Shown here: positions 8,754-16,757 of the stretch, piece by piece
How the letters are laid out: every line of letters begins with the position of its first letter
Numbering within the stretch: position 1 is the stretch's first letter
Assembly (NCBI RefSeq): GCF_001457595.1
Contig: NZ_LN831039.1
Coordinates: 3,480,001 to 3,512,000 of the forward strand
Length of the DNA: 32,000 bases
Source of the DNA: Mycolicibacterium smegmatis
GTDB taxonomy: Bacteria > Actinomycetota > Actinomycetes > Mycobacteriales > Mycobacteriaceae
Direction of reading: 5' to 3'
Notes under the pieces: model-generated
Database searches by the model: none
Told to the model about the DNA's origin: nothing
What the model saw: only the letters and a program-made list of their open reading frames with translations
Made by a program: the position numbers and the translations under genes

Positions 8754-8798
8754 CCGGTCACGCTCCAGCCCCATGCAGTTGGAGCAGGTCGGAGCGTG
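8750..8798. terminator. Candidate bidirectional terminator/hairpin between convergent genes
   Basis: GTGACCGGTCAC perfect 12-bp palindrome at 8750-8761, plus CACGCTCC (8759-8766) pairing with GGAGCGTG (8791-8798), in the short convergent gap. Confidence 0.4.
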
Positions 8799-8800
8799 GT

Positions 8801-9844
8801 TCAGCTCTGTACGACGGTGCGGGCGTGTATGGGCGCGTACCGGTCACCGACGATGGTTCCCGGCGCGAAAAGCTCTGAGAGATAGTACGATTCGTCGGCA
8901 CTGAGGGCGACGTTGGTGGCAGCGAGATTCTCTGCGACGTATTCGATGCGCTTGGTGCCGGGAATCGTCACGACCTTGAAGGGGCGTGACAATAACCACG
9001 CCAGTGCCAGTTGGCCGGGCCGGCAGCCCTTTTGGTCGGCCAGCGCCTTGAGTGCGGCCACGGGGGCAAGGTTCATGCCGAGGTTCTCCGCGGTGAAGCG
9101 GGGATTGGTGGCACGCAGGTCACCCTTCACAAAGGTCGCATCTGCGGCCAGCGCTCCGGTGAGCGCAGAGCGGCCCAGCGGGCTGTAGGCGACCAGCGTG
9201 ACCCCCAACGCGGCGCAAGTCTCGGCGATGTCACCCTCGACACCGCGCTCCCATAGGGAGTACTCGCTCTGCAATGCGGCTATCGGATGCACTGCCTGCG
9301 CTCGCCGCAAGGCCTGTGGTCCCACCTCACTGAGTCCGATCGCCCTGACCTTTCCCGCGCTCACCAGCTCAGCCATCGCGCCGACCGTTTCCTCTATAGG
9401 GACTCGTGGGTCCAGCCGGTGGTAGTAGTACAGGTCGATCACATCGGTGTTCAGCCGGCGCAGGCTGGCTTCGCACGCGGCGGTCACATACTCAGGCCGG
9501 CCGTCGATGGCAATCCCGTCGTTGGTTTCGTTGATCCGGGCGGCGAACTTCGTCGCCAGCACCACGTCGTCGCGGCGCCCCGAAATGGCCTTACCGATCA
9601 GCTCCTCATTGTGTCCGAAGCCGCGGATCGGGACGCCCCAGGTGATGTCGGCAGCCCCGTAGACGTCTGAGGTGTCGAGGTGATCCACCCCGAGGTCCAG
9701 CGCTGAGCGGATGGTCCGTATCGCTGTCGAATCGTCGGCTGGCCCGTAGCTTTGCGACATCCCCATGCAACCGAGACCGACGGGTCGAACATTCAGCTCC
9801 GAGTGACCGATCCGCACCCGCGCCGTGCCATCAACTGTCGTCAC
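8801..9844 (-). CDS. Aldo/keto reductase
   Basis: VRPVGLGCMGMSQSYGPADD, VDHLDTSDVYG, VVLATKFA, DVIDLYYYHRLDP, KAKEIG-type region VSAGKVRAIGLSEVG, IPGTKRIEYVAENLAA. Confidence 0.92.
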   Translation of the reverse strand: MTTVDGTARVRIGHSELNVRPVGLGCMGMSQSYGPADDSTAIRTIRSALDLGVDHLDTSDVYGAADITWGVPIRGFGHNEELIGKAISGRRDDVVLATKFAARINETNDGIAIDGRPEYVTAACEASLRRLNTDVIDLYYYHRLDPRVPIEETVGAMAELVSAGKVRAIGLSEVGPQALRRAQAVHPIAALQSEYSLWERGVEGDIAETCAALGVTLVAYSPLGRSALTGALAADATFVKGDLRATNPRFTAENLGMNLAPVAALKALADQKGCRPGQLALAWLLSRPFKVVTIPGTKRIEYVAENLAATNVALSADESYYLSELFAPGTIVGDRYAPIHARTVVQS

Positions 9845-9867
9845 CGTCGAACTCCTCGCGAAATAAG

Positions 9868-9890
9868 TGATAGTTTCACTATCAGATAGT
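9868..9890. promoter_or_regulatory. Candidate TetR operator between divergent AKR and tetR-type genes
   Basis: TGATAGT-TTC-ACTATCA perfect inverted repeat (9868-9884), overlapping a second one, ACTATC-A-GATAGT (9878-9890). Confidence 0.65.
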
Positions 9891-9911
9891 ACGCCTGGAT
9901 CGGAGTTGCCG

Positions 9912-10463
9912 ATGAGAAGCGATGCGACGGCTAACCGCAGCCGATTGATCGCCGCCGCCGAGGAGGTGTTCGCGCAGCACGGAACCCGGGCGACTCTGGA
10001 GGACGTGGCACGAGCCGCAGGGACCGGCCCGGCAACGCTCTACCGGCGGTTCCCGAACAAGGACGCACTGGTCCGCGAAGTGTTGAGTGAATTCTTCGGC
10101 CGCCTGCTGAGGGCCGCTCAGGAGGCGCACGCCGCAACCGACGAGCAATGCCTGAGTGTCTTCCTCTACACCGTGGGCGCTGAACTCGTTCGCAAGAGCG
10201 GGCTGTCAGCCTACGTGTGGGGCGACCTTGCACCAGAACCGCTCGTTGAGGAACTCCGACAGCAATCGGCCGCGCTGCTCTCGCGCGCCCAACGATCCGG
10301 GGCGATCCGGCATGACGTGACGCCTGCCGACGTAACTGCGATCATCTGGGCGCTACGCGGCATCGTCGCGGCCGGTGGCGCTGACGACCTCTGGCGACGA
10401 CACCTCGACACCGTATTGCGCGGGCTGCGCGAGTCCGCCTCAGTAGATCGCCAGGCACCATGA
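9912..10463 (+). CDS. TetR/AcrR family transcriptional regulator
   Basis: MRSDATANRSRLIAAAEEVFAQHGTRATLEDVARAAGTGPATLYRRFPNKDALVREVL, a classic TetR HTH. Start placed at 9912 because the 9867 GTG would overlap the operator. Confidence 0.92.
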   Translation: MRSDATANRSRLIAAAEEVFAQHGTRATLEDVARAAGTGPATLYRRFPNKDALVREVLSEFFGRLLRAAQEAHAATDEQCLSVFLYTVGAELVRKSGLSAYVWGDLAPEPLVEELRQQSAALLSRAQRSGAIRHDVTPADVTAIIWALRGIVAAGGADDLWRRHLDTVLRGLRESASVDRQAP

Positions 10464-10560
10464 ATGCCTGCGCACATGTGGATTGAGCCTTGGCAACACA
10501 TTCGTCCAGTGAGTCCGTTGTTCTCGTTTGTCGAAACACGGACACTCTGAATCCTCGTCA

Positions 10561-10579
10561 TCTGGCGCTGCCAGATGGT
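10561..10579. terminator. Candidate bidirectional terminator hairpin
   Basis: CATCTGGC-gct-GCCAGATG, 8-bp perfect stem, between convergent genes. No U-tract. Confidence 0.4.
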
Positions 10580-10657
10580 TCGTCCAAAGTCTTGAGACCT
10601 TGCCGTTCGTAGGCGATCTCGCAGCGGGCACGGCCATCGCCTTTCGCCAAACCTGCG

Positions 10658-11269
10658 TCAGACGATTGCACCCTGGATGGCGACTGCGGTCCATGCTCCG
10701 GCGATGACTGCAAGGGCGAATGCCACCCACAACAGAACCCAGTACACGCGAGCGCCACCACGTACTCTCCAGAGCAGGGCGATGCCCACCCCAAGTCCGT
10801 TCGCGGCGACCCCGAGTGCGACCACAGGTAGCGCGAGCAAACACGTGACGAAGAAGACCCCGGAGACCAGCCCCAGGATCACAAGCGCTGCACGCTCCCG
10901 CCCCCGTGCGGGATCGCCCCGGCGGCTGAGGACTGCCTCAAGGACGGTGAACCCGAAGAAAGAAGCGACGAGTCCGCCCATCACGGTCAGTGAGTAGAAC
11001 ACCGGAGCGAACGCGAGCGCCTTGTTGTCGATGGGGACGTCGCCGGTCGCGATGCCGAGGACCACCATCCCCAGGAACAACAGTGCGAGCAGGGTGAGCA
11101 GTGCGATGCCTGAGACGGGTGCACGATCTCCGGCGCCCTCGGATGCATCTCTGCTGCTCACCGTCGTCGTCTCCTCTCGAAGGACCGGATGGACCTCGGG
11201 CTGGGCCTCTTCGCGTTGTAAAGGAGCCAGTGCCTGCGGCGGACGTAGCGAGTCACTGCGATTCATCAC
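10658..11269 (-). CDS. Hypothetical membrane protein with about four TM segments
   Basis: Repeated hydrophobic segments (GIALLTLLALLFLGMVVLGIA, LVILGLVSGVFFVTCLLALPVVALGVAANGLG, WVLLWVAFALAVIAGAWTAVA). Confidence 0.6.
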   Translation of the reverse strand: MMNRSDSLRPPQALAPLQREEAQPEVHPVLREETTTVSSRDASEGAGDRAPVSGIALLTLLALLFLGMVVLGIATGDVPIDNKALAFAPVFYSLTVMGGLVASFFGFTVLEAVLSRRGDPARGRERAALVILGLVSGVFFVTCLLALPVVALGVAANGLGVGIALLWRVRGGARVYWVLLWVAFALAVIAGAWTAVAIQGAIV

Positions 11270-11506
11270 AGTGGACTACGGCGGGATGCCAACAAGATAC
11301 GCCATACTCGCCAGCCGAGTCATGTGGCACGCGAGGTCCTCTCACCTACCACGTCGGGTCGCTGTCATCAAAACGATTCGAAGACAATGACTTCCAGCAA
11401 GGCGGGAAAACGTGCGGCCCACGTTCCGTGGCGAGGGCACACGACCCTTCTCGATTCTCCGCGCGCCCCCTAGGCTGAAAACTGGCAAACGCTGGAGGGG
11501 GTAATC

Positions 11507-11935
11507 ATGGGATCATCAGAACCAACTGACGCGGTCGCGGCATTCTGCGTGGCGTCGGAGACATGTGACGTGGACGGGATGGTCGCGACCTTGGCTACCG
11601 ACGTTGAACTGGTGTCGCCGATATCCGGCCGAATGGTGTTCCGAGGACGAGACGACCTGCGTGTGTTGTTGGCGGCGATATACGGAAGCCTGCGTGAGCT
11701 GAAATGGGCGGATGCCGTGGGCGATGCCACGGTGGCGGTCGCGGTGAGCGAGGGCAACGTTGCCGGCATTCGGATCACGGATGCGTTGGTGTTCGATCTC
11801 GACGAGTCCGGGCAGATCCGCCGGCTCCGGCCACATCTCCGGCCATTGCTCGCCATCATCGTGTTCACGGCGATGCTCGGACCAAAGATGGCCCGACACC
11901 TCGGTGTTGTGCGCCGGGCGTTGTCCCGTCCATAG
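11507..11935 (+). CDS. Nuclear transport factor 2-like / SnoaL-like fold protein
   Basis: AFCVASETCDVDGMVATLATDVELVSPISGRMVFRGRDDLRVLLAAIYGSLRELKWAD matches the SnoaL-like pattern. Coordinates follow the ORF track; ATG near the start with ggaggggg upstream. Confidence 0.72.
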   Translation: MGSSEPTDAVAAFCVASETCDVDGMVATLATDVELVSPISGRMVFRGRDDLRVLLAAIYGSLRELKWADAVGDATVAVAVSEGNVAGIRITDALVFDLDESGQIRRLRPHLRPLLAIIVFTAMLGPKMARHLGVVRRALSRP

Positions 11936-12190
11936 CCCGTGCGCCGGCCAACCCGCGTCGGTGGGCCATGTGAGGGTCGGATCATCTTGGATGCCTGAGC
12001 TCCGCCGACGTGTGCGGACCGACTCCCCGCTGCCGGATCACCGCGACCGAATCCGGCCCTGCTCTGCCTGGTTGGAACATCCCTTCGCCGTGCATACGTG
12101 GCCCAGCGCATGCGCAGTTCCGATTGCATTGGCAAGCAAGTCGGTCGAAGCGTGTTCAACGCCGCCGGTCATACGGAATAATTCGTCCAT

Positions 12191-12204
12191 ATAGGTCCCT
12201 ATAG
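12191..12204. promoter_or_regulatory. Palindrome TATAGG-TC-CCTATA, candidate operator
   Basis: Perfect 6-bp arms in a non-coding region upstream of a tetR-type gene. Confidence 0.3.
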
Positions 12205-12311
12205 AGGGAAACCGGCCGGGCGCTCAGGGGCGACCGCTTCGGATCCTTCGGCGTGGGGCCCGCAGCATTGCCGCCACGCCGAACACGCAACTCAGAGCGG
12301 GAGGAGTCACC

Positions 12312-12497
12312 ATGACCACCACCGTGATCGGTGCCGCCGGCACGCCGGGAACGATTGAGGTGACAGCCTTGCAGTCCGAGAGCACGTGCGTGCGCGCCGC
12401 AGTCCATGACCCAGGCCGATTCTATGTGGCTGCTGGCGAAGATATAGACGTATATCGTCCGGATCGATTCGTCACAACGCCTCGAAGGGCCCAGTGA
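12312..12497 (+). CDS. Short ORF with Rossmann-like start; possible remnant of an NmrA-type NAD(P)-binding protein
   Basis: MTTTVIGAAGTPGTIEVTALQSESTCVRAAVHDPGRFYVAAGED resembles the first beta-alpha-beta of NmrA-like proteins but stops at 61 aa. Confidence 0.35.
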   Translation: MTTTVIGAAGTPGTIEVTALQSESTCVRAAVHDPGRFYVAAGEDIDVYRPDRFVTTPRRAQ

Positions 12498-12498
12498 G

Positions 12499-13119
12499 GT
12501 GACGGTTCACTTGCCCAGACATGAGCCGGCCAGCAGGCACGGTCGACCACTGCGGCGCGACGCTGCCGAGAACCGTGAGCGTGTCCTTGCCGCGGCGGTG
12601 GCACTGTTCGCCCGGGAGGGCCGTGACGTGTCGATGGCCACCATCGCAGATGAAGCCGGCGTCGGCGTCGGCACCTTATATCGGCGATATCCGACCCGTG
12701 AGATGCTGCTGCAAGCCCTCACCGAGCGCTCGTTCGAGTTGGTACTGGGCGCGATCGAACGCGTCCAGCGGGAGTGCGGGCCCGCCATCTGCAAACTCGA
12801 GATGTTCTACGACGCGACCATCGCGCACCGCCAGGAACTGGTGTTACCGCTGCACGGAGGACCCCAGAACCTCAGTGACGCAGCGAAATTCACGCGCAAC
12901 CGCATCAGGGATATCGCCGAGGAGATTCTGGAAGACGGACGGAGCGACCGCACCATCCGCGCCGATGTCACCGCGGCCGACGTGATCGGATTCGGCGCGC
13001 TGCTCGCCCACACACTCTCGAGTGATCCCCAATGGGTGGCGGTGCTGCATCGGCAGAAGCAGATCTATCTCGCGGGCCTCGCACCGAGCGCCCCGGCATT
13101 GGAGGAGTTGCCGACATGA
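12499..13119 (+). CDS. TetR/AcrR family transcriptional regulator
   Basis: RRDAAENRERVLAAAVALFAREGRDVSMATIADEAGVGVGTLYRRYPTREMLLQALTERSFELV. GTG start at 12499 or downstream. Confidence 0.9.
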   Translation: MTVHLPRHEPASRHGRPLRRDAAENRERVLAAAVALFAREGRDVSMATIADEAGVGVGTLYRRYPTREMLLQALTERSFELVLGAIERVQRECGPAICKLEMFYDATIAHRQELVLPLHGGPQNLSDAAKFTRNRIRDIAEEILEDGRSDRTIRADVTAADVIGFGALLAHTLSSDPQWVAVLHRQKQIYLAGLAPSAPALEELPT

Positions 13120-14003
13120 CCATCCGAACTGTCCTCGTCGTCGGAGCCGCCGGGAACGCCGCGGGCCATGTGGTGACCTCCCTGGCCGAAAAAGAGGTAC
13201 GGGTGCGCGGATTCATCCGTGATGCCGAGAAGCGTCAGCAAGTCCTGCGCCGGGGAGCCAGTGAGGTCGCCGTCGGCGACCTCAACCGGGTAGAAGATGT
13301 GAAGGCCGCGCTGAGCGATGTCGACGCGGTGTTCTACGTCCCGCCTGCCTTCATCGACGGCGAAGCAGAGCTCGGGGTGGCCTTCGTCGAGCTGGCCCGT
13401 GCCGCGGGCGTGCGCCGATTCGTCTTCTCATCGGTGATCCATCCGTCGCTCGGCTTGCAGAACCATGCCGCGAAAGCTCCCGTCGAGGCTGCTTTGTACG
13501 ACTCGGGCATGGAATACGCCGTCTTCCAACCGGCTTTGTTCTTCCAGAATTATGCGGCCGGGTGGGACGACATCCTTCGAACCGGCGTGTTGGCGGAGCC
13601 GTGGTCGAACGAAACACGGTTCTCCCGTGTGGATTACCGCGATGTCGCCGACGCCGTCGCACTCGCGCTCACGGAGGACCGTCTGGTTGGCGGCACCTAC
13701 GAGGTGGCATCCGCGGGACAACTCGATCGGCACGACGTCGCCGAGTTGATCAGTCGAGTGGTGGGCCGCCCCATCCGCCCGCGCCGAGTCGACCCCGACC
13801 AACTGGACGGCATCAAACCCGCGATGAAGGCGATGTTCAGGCATTACGACCACGCCGGGCTGGTGAGCACCGATGTCACGCTGACCGCTGTCCTGGGGCG
13901 TCCACCACGGACGATCGAGGCCTACTTCCGGGAACTGGCACGGCGTGGATACCCCGACGGAACAAACACCCACGAGAAGGAGAGTCACGATGAGCGCACC
14001 TGA
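13116..14003 (+). CDS. NmrA family NAD(P)-binding protein (atypical SDR)
   Basis: TIRTVLVVGAAGNAAGHVVTSLAEKEVRVRGFIRD; VFYVPPAF; FVFSSVIHP; ATGA overlap with the preceding tetR-type gene. Confidence 0.88.
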   Translation: MTIRTVLVVGAAGNAAGHVVTSLAEKEVRVRGFIRDAEKRQQVLRRGASEVAVGDLNRVEDVKAALSDVDAVFYVPPAFIDGEAELGVAFVELARAAGVRRFVFSSVIHPSLGLQNHAAKAPVEAALYDSGMEYAVFQPALFFQNYAAGWDDILRTGVLAEPWSNETRFSRVDYRDVADAVALALTEDRLVGGTYEVASAGQLDRHDVAELISRVVGRPIRPRRVDPDQLDGIKPAMKAMFRHYDHAGLVSTDVTLTAVLGRPPRTIEAYFRELARRGYPDGTNTHEKESHDERT

Positions 14004-14418
14004 GGACTGGAACTCGCAGGTAATCCAGGAATTCCGCGCCAACGGCGGCCGAGTTGGCGGGAACTTCGAAGGAGCCCCCATGGTGTTGGTTCACCATGTC
14101 GGCCGCAAGACCGGAAAAGCGGCGGTCACGCCAATGATGTACCTGCCCAGCGACGACGATCCCGGCACGATCTATGTCTTCGCCTCCAAAGCAGGTGCCG
14201 CCTCCAACCCGGCCTGGTACTACAACCTGACCACTGCAGGCACGGCACAGGTCGAAGTCGGAACCGAAACCTACGCGGTCGGTGTCACCGAGGTCACGGG
14301 AGAGGACCGCGACCGCATCTACAGTGAACAAGCCCGTCGTTACCCGGGTTTCGCCGATTACGAGAAGAAGACGGCCGGTATCCGCACCATCCCGGTGCTC
14401 GCCCTCACGCGCACGTAG
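13990..14418 (+). CDS. Nitroreductase/quinone reductase family protein, Ddn-like (F420-dependent family)
   Basis: GGRVGGNFEGAPMVLVHHVGRKTGKAAVTPMMYLP...ASKAGAASNPAWYYNLTTAGTAQVEVG...RRYPGFADYEKKTAGIRTIPVLALTR. Ddn-family hallmark. Confidence 0.92.
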   Translation: MSAPEDWNSQVIQEFRANGGRVGGNFEGAPMVLVHHVGRKTGKAAVTPMMYLPSDDDPGTIYVFASKAGAASNPAWYYNLTTAGTAQVEVGTETYAVGVTEVTGEDRDRIYSEQARRYPGFADYEKKTAGIRTIPVLALTRT

Positions 14419-14502
14419 CTGTGCCCATGCGTGCCTGCCGACAGGCGCCTGTAACGAGCGACCGCTACGTTTGGACCGGAAACGAGTTGAGAGGAGTCGG
14501 GC

Positions 14503-15069
14503 ATGAGCACGCAGACACGTGCCACCTACCGCACGATGGCCGAGGGTACCGCTGAGGACTACAGGCTGATCAGTCGTGCCGAAGAGGCGAACAATGCCGG
14601 GTTGGTGCCCCGCGTCCTCTCACTGGTGGAAGCCCTTGCCGACGGTGAGCAGGCCTATCCGATCAGTCGACTCGACCACTCACTGCAGTCCGCGACCAGG
14701 GCTTTCGACGATGGTCGGCCAGTCGACTACGTGGTGGCGGCGCTTCTGCACGACATCGGTGACACGTACGCGCCCCATGCTCATGGCGCATTCGCCGCAG
14801 CAGTCCTCGCCCCGTATGTGCCGGAGCGGTTGGCCTGGATCGTGAAGACCCACCCCGAATTTCAGCAGTACTACTACGCGCCGCACATGGGCGGCAACCG
14901 AGACGCTCGGGAACGGTATCGCGGCCACCAGTGGTTCGACGACTGCGTGGAATTCTGCGAGAAGTACGACCAGAACTGTTTCGACTCGCAGTTCGAGCAT
15001 CGTCCGCTCGATTTCTTCGCACCGATGGTGGAGCAGGTCTTCGCCCGCGAACCGTGGTCGGTGCACTGA
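14503..15069 (+). CDS. HD domain protein, PhnZ/myo-inositol-oxygenase-like
   Basis: YPISRLDHSLQSATRAFDDGRPVDYVVAALLHDIGDTYAPHAHG...IVKTH: HDxxD-type metal-binding layout. Confidence 0.75.
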   Translation: MSTQTRATYRTMAEGTAEDYRLISRAEEANNAGLVPRVLSLVEALADGEQAYPISRLDHSLQSATRAFDDGRPVDYVVAALLHDIGDTYAPHAHGAFAAAVLAPYVPERLAWIVKTHPEFQQYYYAPHMGGNRDARERYRGHQWFDDCVEFCEKYDQNCFDSQFEHRPLDFFAPMVEQVFAREPWSVH

Positions 15070-15309
15070 TCTGAACCCGGCCCCCGCTCGCGGTCCAACT
15101 CTCGTGTGCTTCACGCGGGCACCCGCTTGGAGAAGCCCCCGCGCGATCATCGTCCCGATTCCCCTGTCGTTTCCGTGATGCCTCAAGCTAGGCGGCATTC
15201 CGGACGCCAAGGAGATCTCCGTGTCAGGGGTACCGTCAATGCCCCTTGTCAGTCGCTGAAGCGACCGCCCCGGGTGCTCGGAGGGCCTGATCGCGGTGGA
15301 CACTATGGC

Positions 15310-15861
15310 GTGGCCCTTTCTGCAACAGTGTTCAAAGTCGAACTCGACGTCTCCGACGTCGATCACGGTTACTACGCCGATCACGCACTGACCGTGGCCC
15401 GTCATCCCAGTGAGACCGATGAGCGGATGGTGATGCGGTTGTTGGCGTTCGGGTTGCGCGCACACCGACTCAGCGATCTCGACGGTAAATTGGCGTTCGG
15501 GCCGGGCCTGTCCACCCCTGGCGTACCGGACGTACGACTTGCGGACTACACGGGCCGCGTCCTGGAGTGGATCGTCGTCGGCCAGCCCGATGATCGGGTC
15601 CTGGGCAAGGCGGCCAGCCAGGCCGACCACGTCCTGTTGTTCCCATTCGCCGCCGGCGTGCCCACCTGGTGGCGCACCATGGAAGCCAAGGTGGCGAAGC
15701 TGTCGAACCTGTCTGTGGTGCAGATACCGCACGCGCCCGTGCAGCAACTGGCCCAGGCAGTGGATCGACGGATCTCGGCGCAGGTGATGGTGATGGAAGG
15801 TCAGGTGACGATGACTGTGGGCGGTATCGACGTCACCTTCACGCCCGAGCGCTTGAAGTAA
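15310..15861 (+). CDS. YaeQ family protein
   Basis: VALSATVFKVELDVSDVDHGYYADHALTVARHPSETDERMVMRLLAFGLRAH...WIVVGQPDDRVLGKAASQADHVLLFPF. GTG start inferred. Confidence 0.9.
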   Translation: MALSATVFKVELDVSDVDHGYYADHALTVARHPSETDERMVMRLLAFGLRAHRLSDLDGKLAFGPGLSTPGVPDVRLADYTGRVLEWIVVGQPDDRVLGKAASQADHVLLFPFAAGVPTWWRTMEAKVAKLSNLSVVQIPHAPVQQLAQAVDRRISAQVMVMEGQVTMTVGGIDVTFTPERLK

Positions 15862-15869
15862 ACGCCGGA

Positions 15870-15892
15870 GCCCAGGGGGTGCTCCCCCGGGC
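15870..15892 (+). terminator. Candidate terminator hairpin after the YaeQ-family gene
   Basis: GCCC-a-GGGGG-tgct-CCCCC-g-GGGC directly downstream of the stop, followed by agttt. Confidence 0.6.
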
Positions 15893-16205
15893 AGTTTCCT
15901 GCCGCATCCGTGCCGCGCTGGCTCCCCGACTGACGCACAGCAGGTCACGCCAGATCCGGCAACGCCAATGTTGTGTCCTGAAACACCTCGCCTCACCGCC
16001 GAGATGTCTTGACGCACGAATCGGCGCCTGCGTACAGTCAACTATACCGAGCGTCATACCTAGTCCGAACCAGTCCCCCGGGTATCCGTGTCGAAACCTT
16101 CGCCATACCGGAACCGCTCTGGCGCTACACGCCGGCCGAGGGGATCGTTCCACCCGAAACACGCTCGGACACAACCACAATGTGAACATCGAAAGGAAGA
16201 ACATC

Positions 16206-16637
16206 ATGCCGCTCTATCAGATCGACACAGTGAAAGGGAGGCTGACCCCGTCCGTCAAGGCGGAGATCGCCAACAAGGTCACCGACATACACTGCCAACT
16301 CACCGGGGCGCCGGACACCTTCGTCAATGTCGTTTTCCGCGAGTACACCGAGGGCGATTGCTTCGTCGCACGCAAGCCTGAAGGGCGTTCGTTTCTGGGT
16401 GGCCAGATCCGGCACGGGCGCTCCGTGGAAACACGCCAGGCGATGCTGAAAGCGTTGCGGGACATGTGGGTGCAGACCACGGGCCAATCCGAGGCCGAGC
16501 TCATCGTCGGCATATCCGAAGTGGATCCCCGAATGGTGCTAGAAGCGGGATTCTTCATGCCGGAGCCGGGCCAGGAGAAGGCGTGGTTCGAAGAGCACCA
16601 TGCCAGACTCGCTGAGTTGGGCGTGCAGGCCGGCTGA
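16206..16637 (+). CDS. Tautomerase-superfamily protein, cis-3-chloroacrylic acid dehalogenase (cis-CaaD)-like
   Basis: MPLYQIDTVKGRLTPSVKAEIANKVTDIHCQLTG...GGQIRHGRS...MVLEAGFFMPEPGQEKAWFEEHH; strong RBS (gaaaggaag) upstream. The ORF track call starts far too early (15669). Confidence 0.85.
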   Translation: MPLYQIDTVKGRLTPSVKAEIANKVTDIHCQLTGAPDTFVNVVFREYTEGDCFVARKPEGRSFLGGQIRHGRSVETRQAMLKALRDMWVQTTGQSEAELIVGISEVDPRMVLEAGFFMPEPGQEKAWFEEHHARLAELGVQAG

Positions 16638-16668
16638 CCACTGCGGTCCAGAAGCAGGGTTCCCGTGA

Positions 16669-16708
16669 CAGCGCGGACTGCTCCTCTCGAGAGGAGTGGT
16701 CCGCGCTG
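16669..16708. terminator. 40-bp bidirectional terminator hairpin between convergent genes
   Basis: CAGCGCGGAC-tg-CTCCTCTCGAGAGGAG-tg-GTCCGCGCTG: 10-bp perfect outer arms around a 16-bp perfect palindrome. Confidence 0.8.
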
Positions 16709-16757
16709 AGTCGCCTATTTCTGCGCGGGACGATGCCACCGCCCCGGTTCGGGGCTC

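Noticed and set aside
7704-8774. 356-aa minus ORF antisense to dctM
   Set aside because: His/Asp/Gln/Arg-rich composition typical of the reverse strand of a GC-rich TM protein; the plus-strand DctM is unequivocal.
11470-12159. 229-aa minus ORF over the SnoaL-like gene
   Set aside because: Arg/Thr/Ser-rich shadow ORF; the plus-strand SnoaL-like reading is more protein-like.
14433-14446. Short GCCTG-ccga-CAGGC stem after the Ddn-like gene
   Set aside because: Only 5-bp arms in GC-rich DNA; not strong enough to call a terminator.
14680-16041. 453-aa minus ORF
   Set aside because: Runs antisense through both the HD-domain and YaeQ-family genes, with low-complexity composition and no motif.
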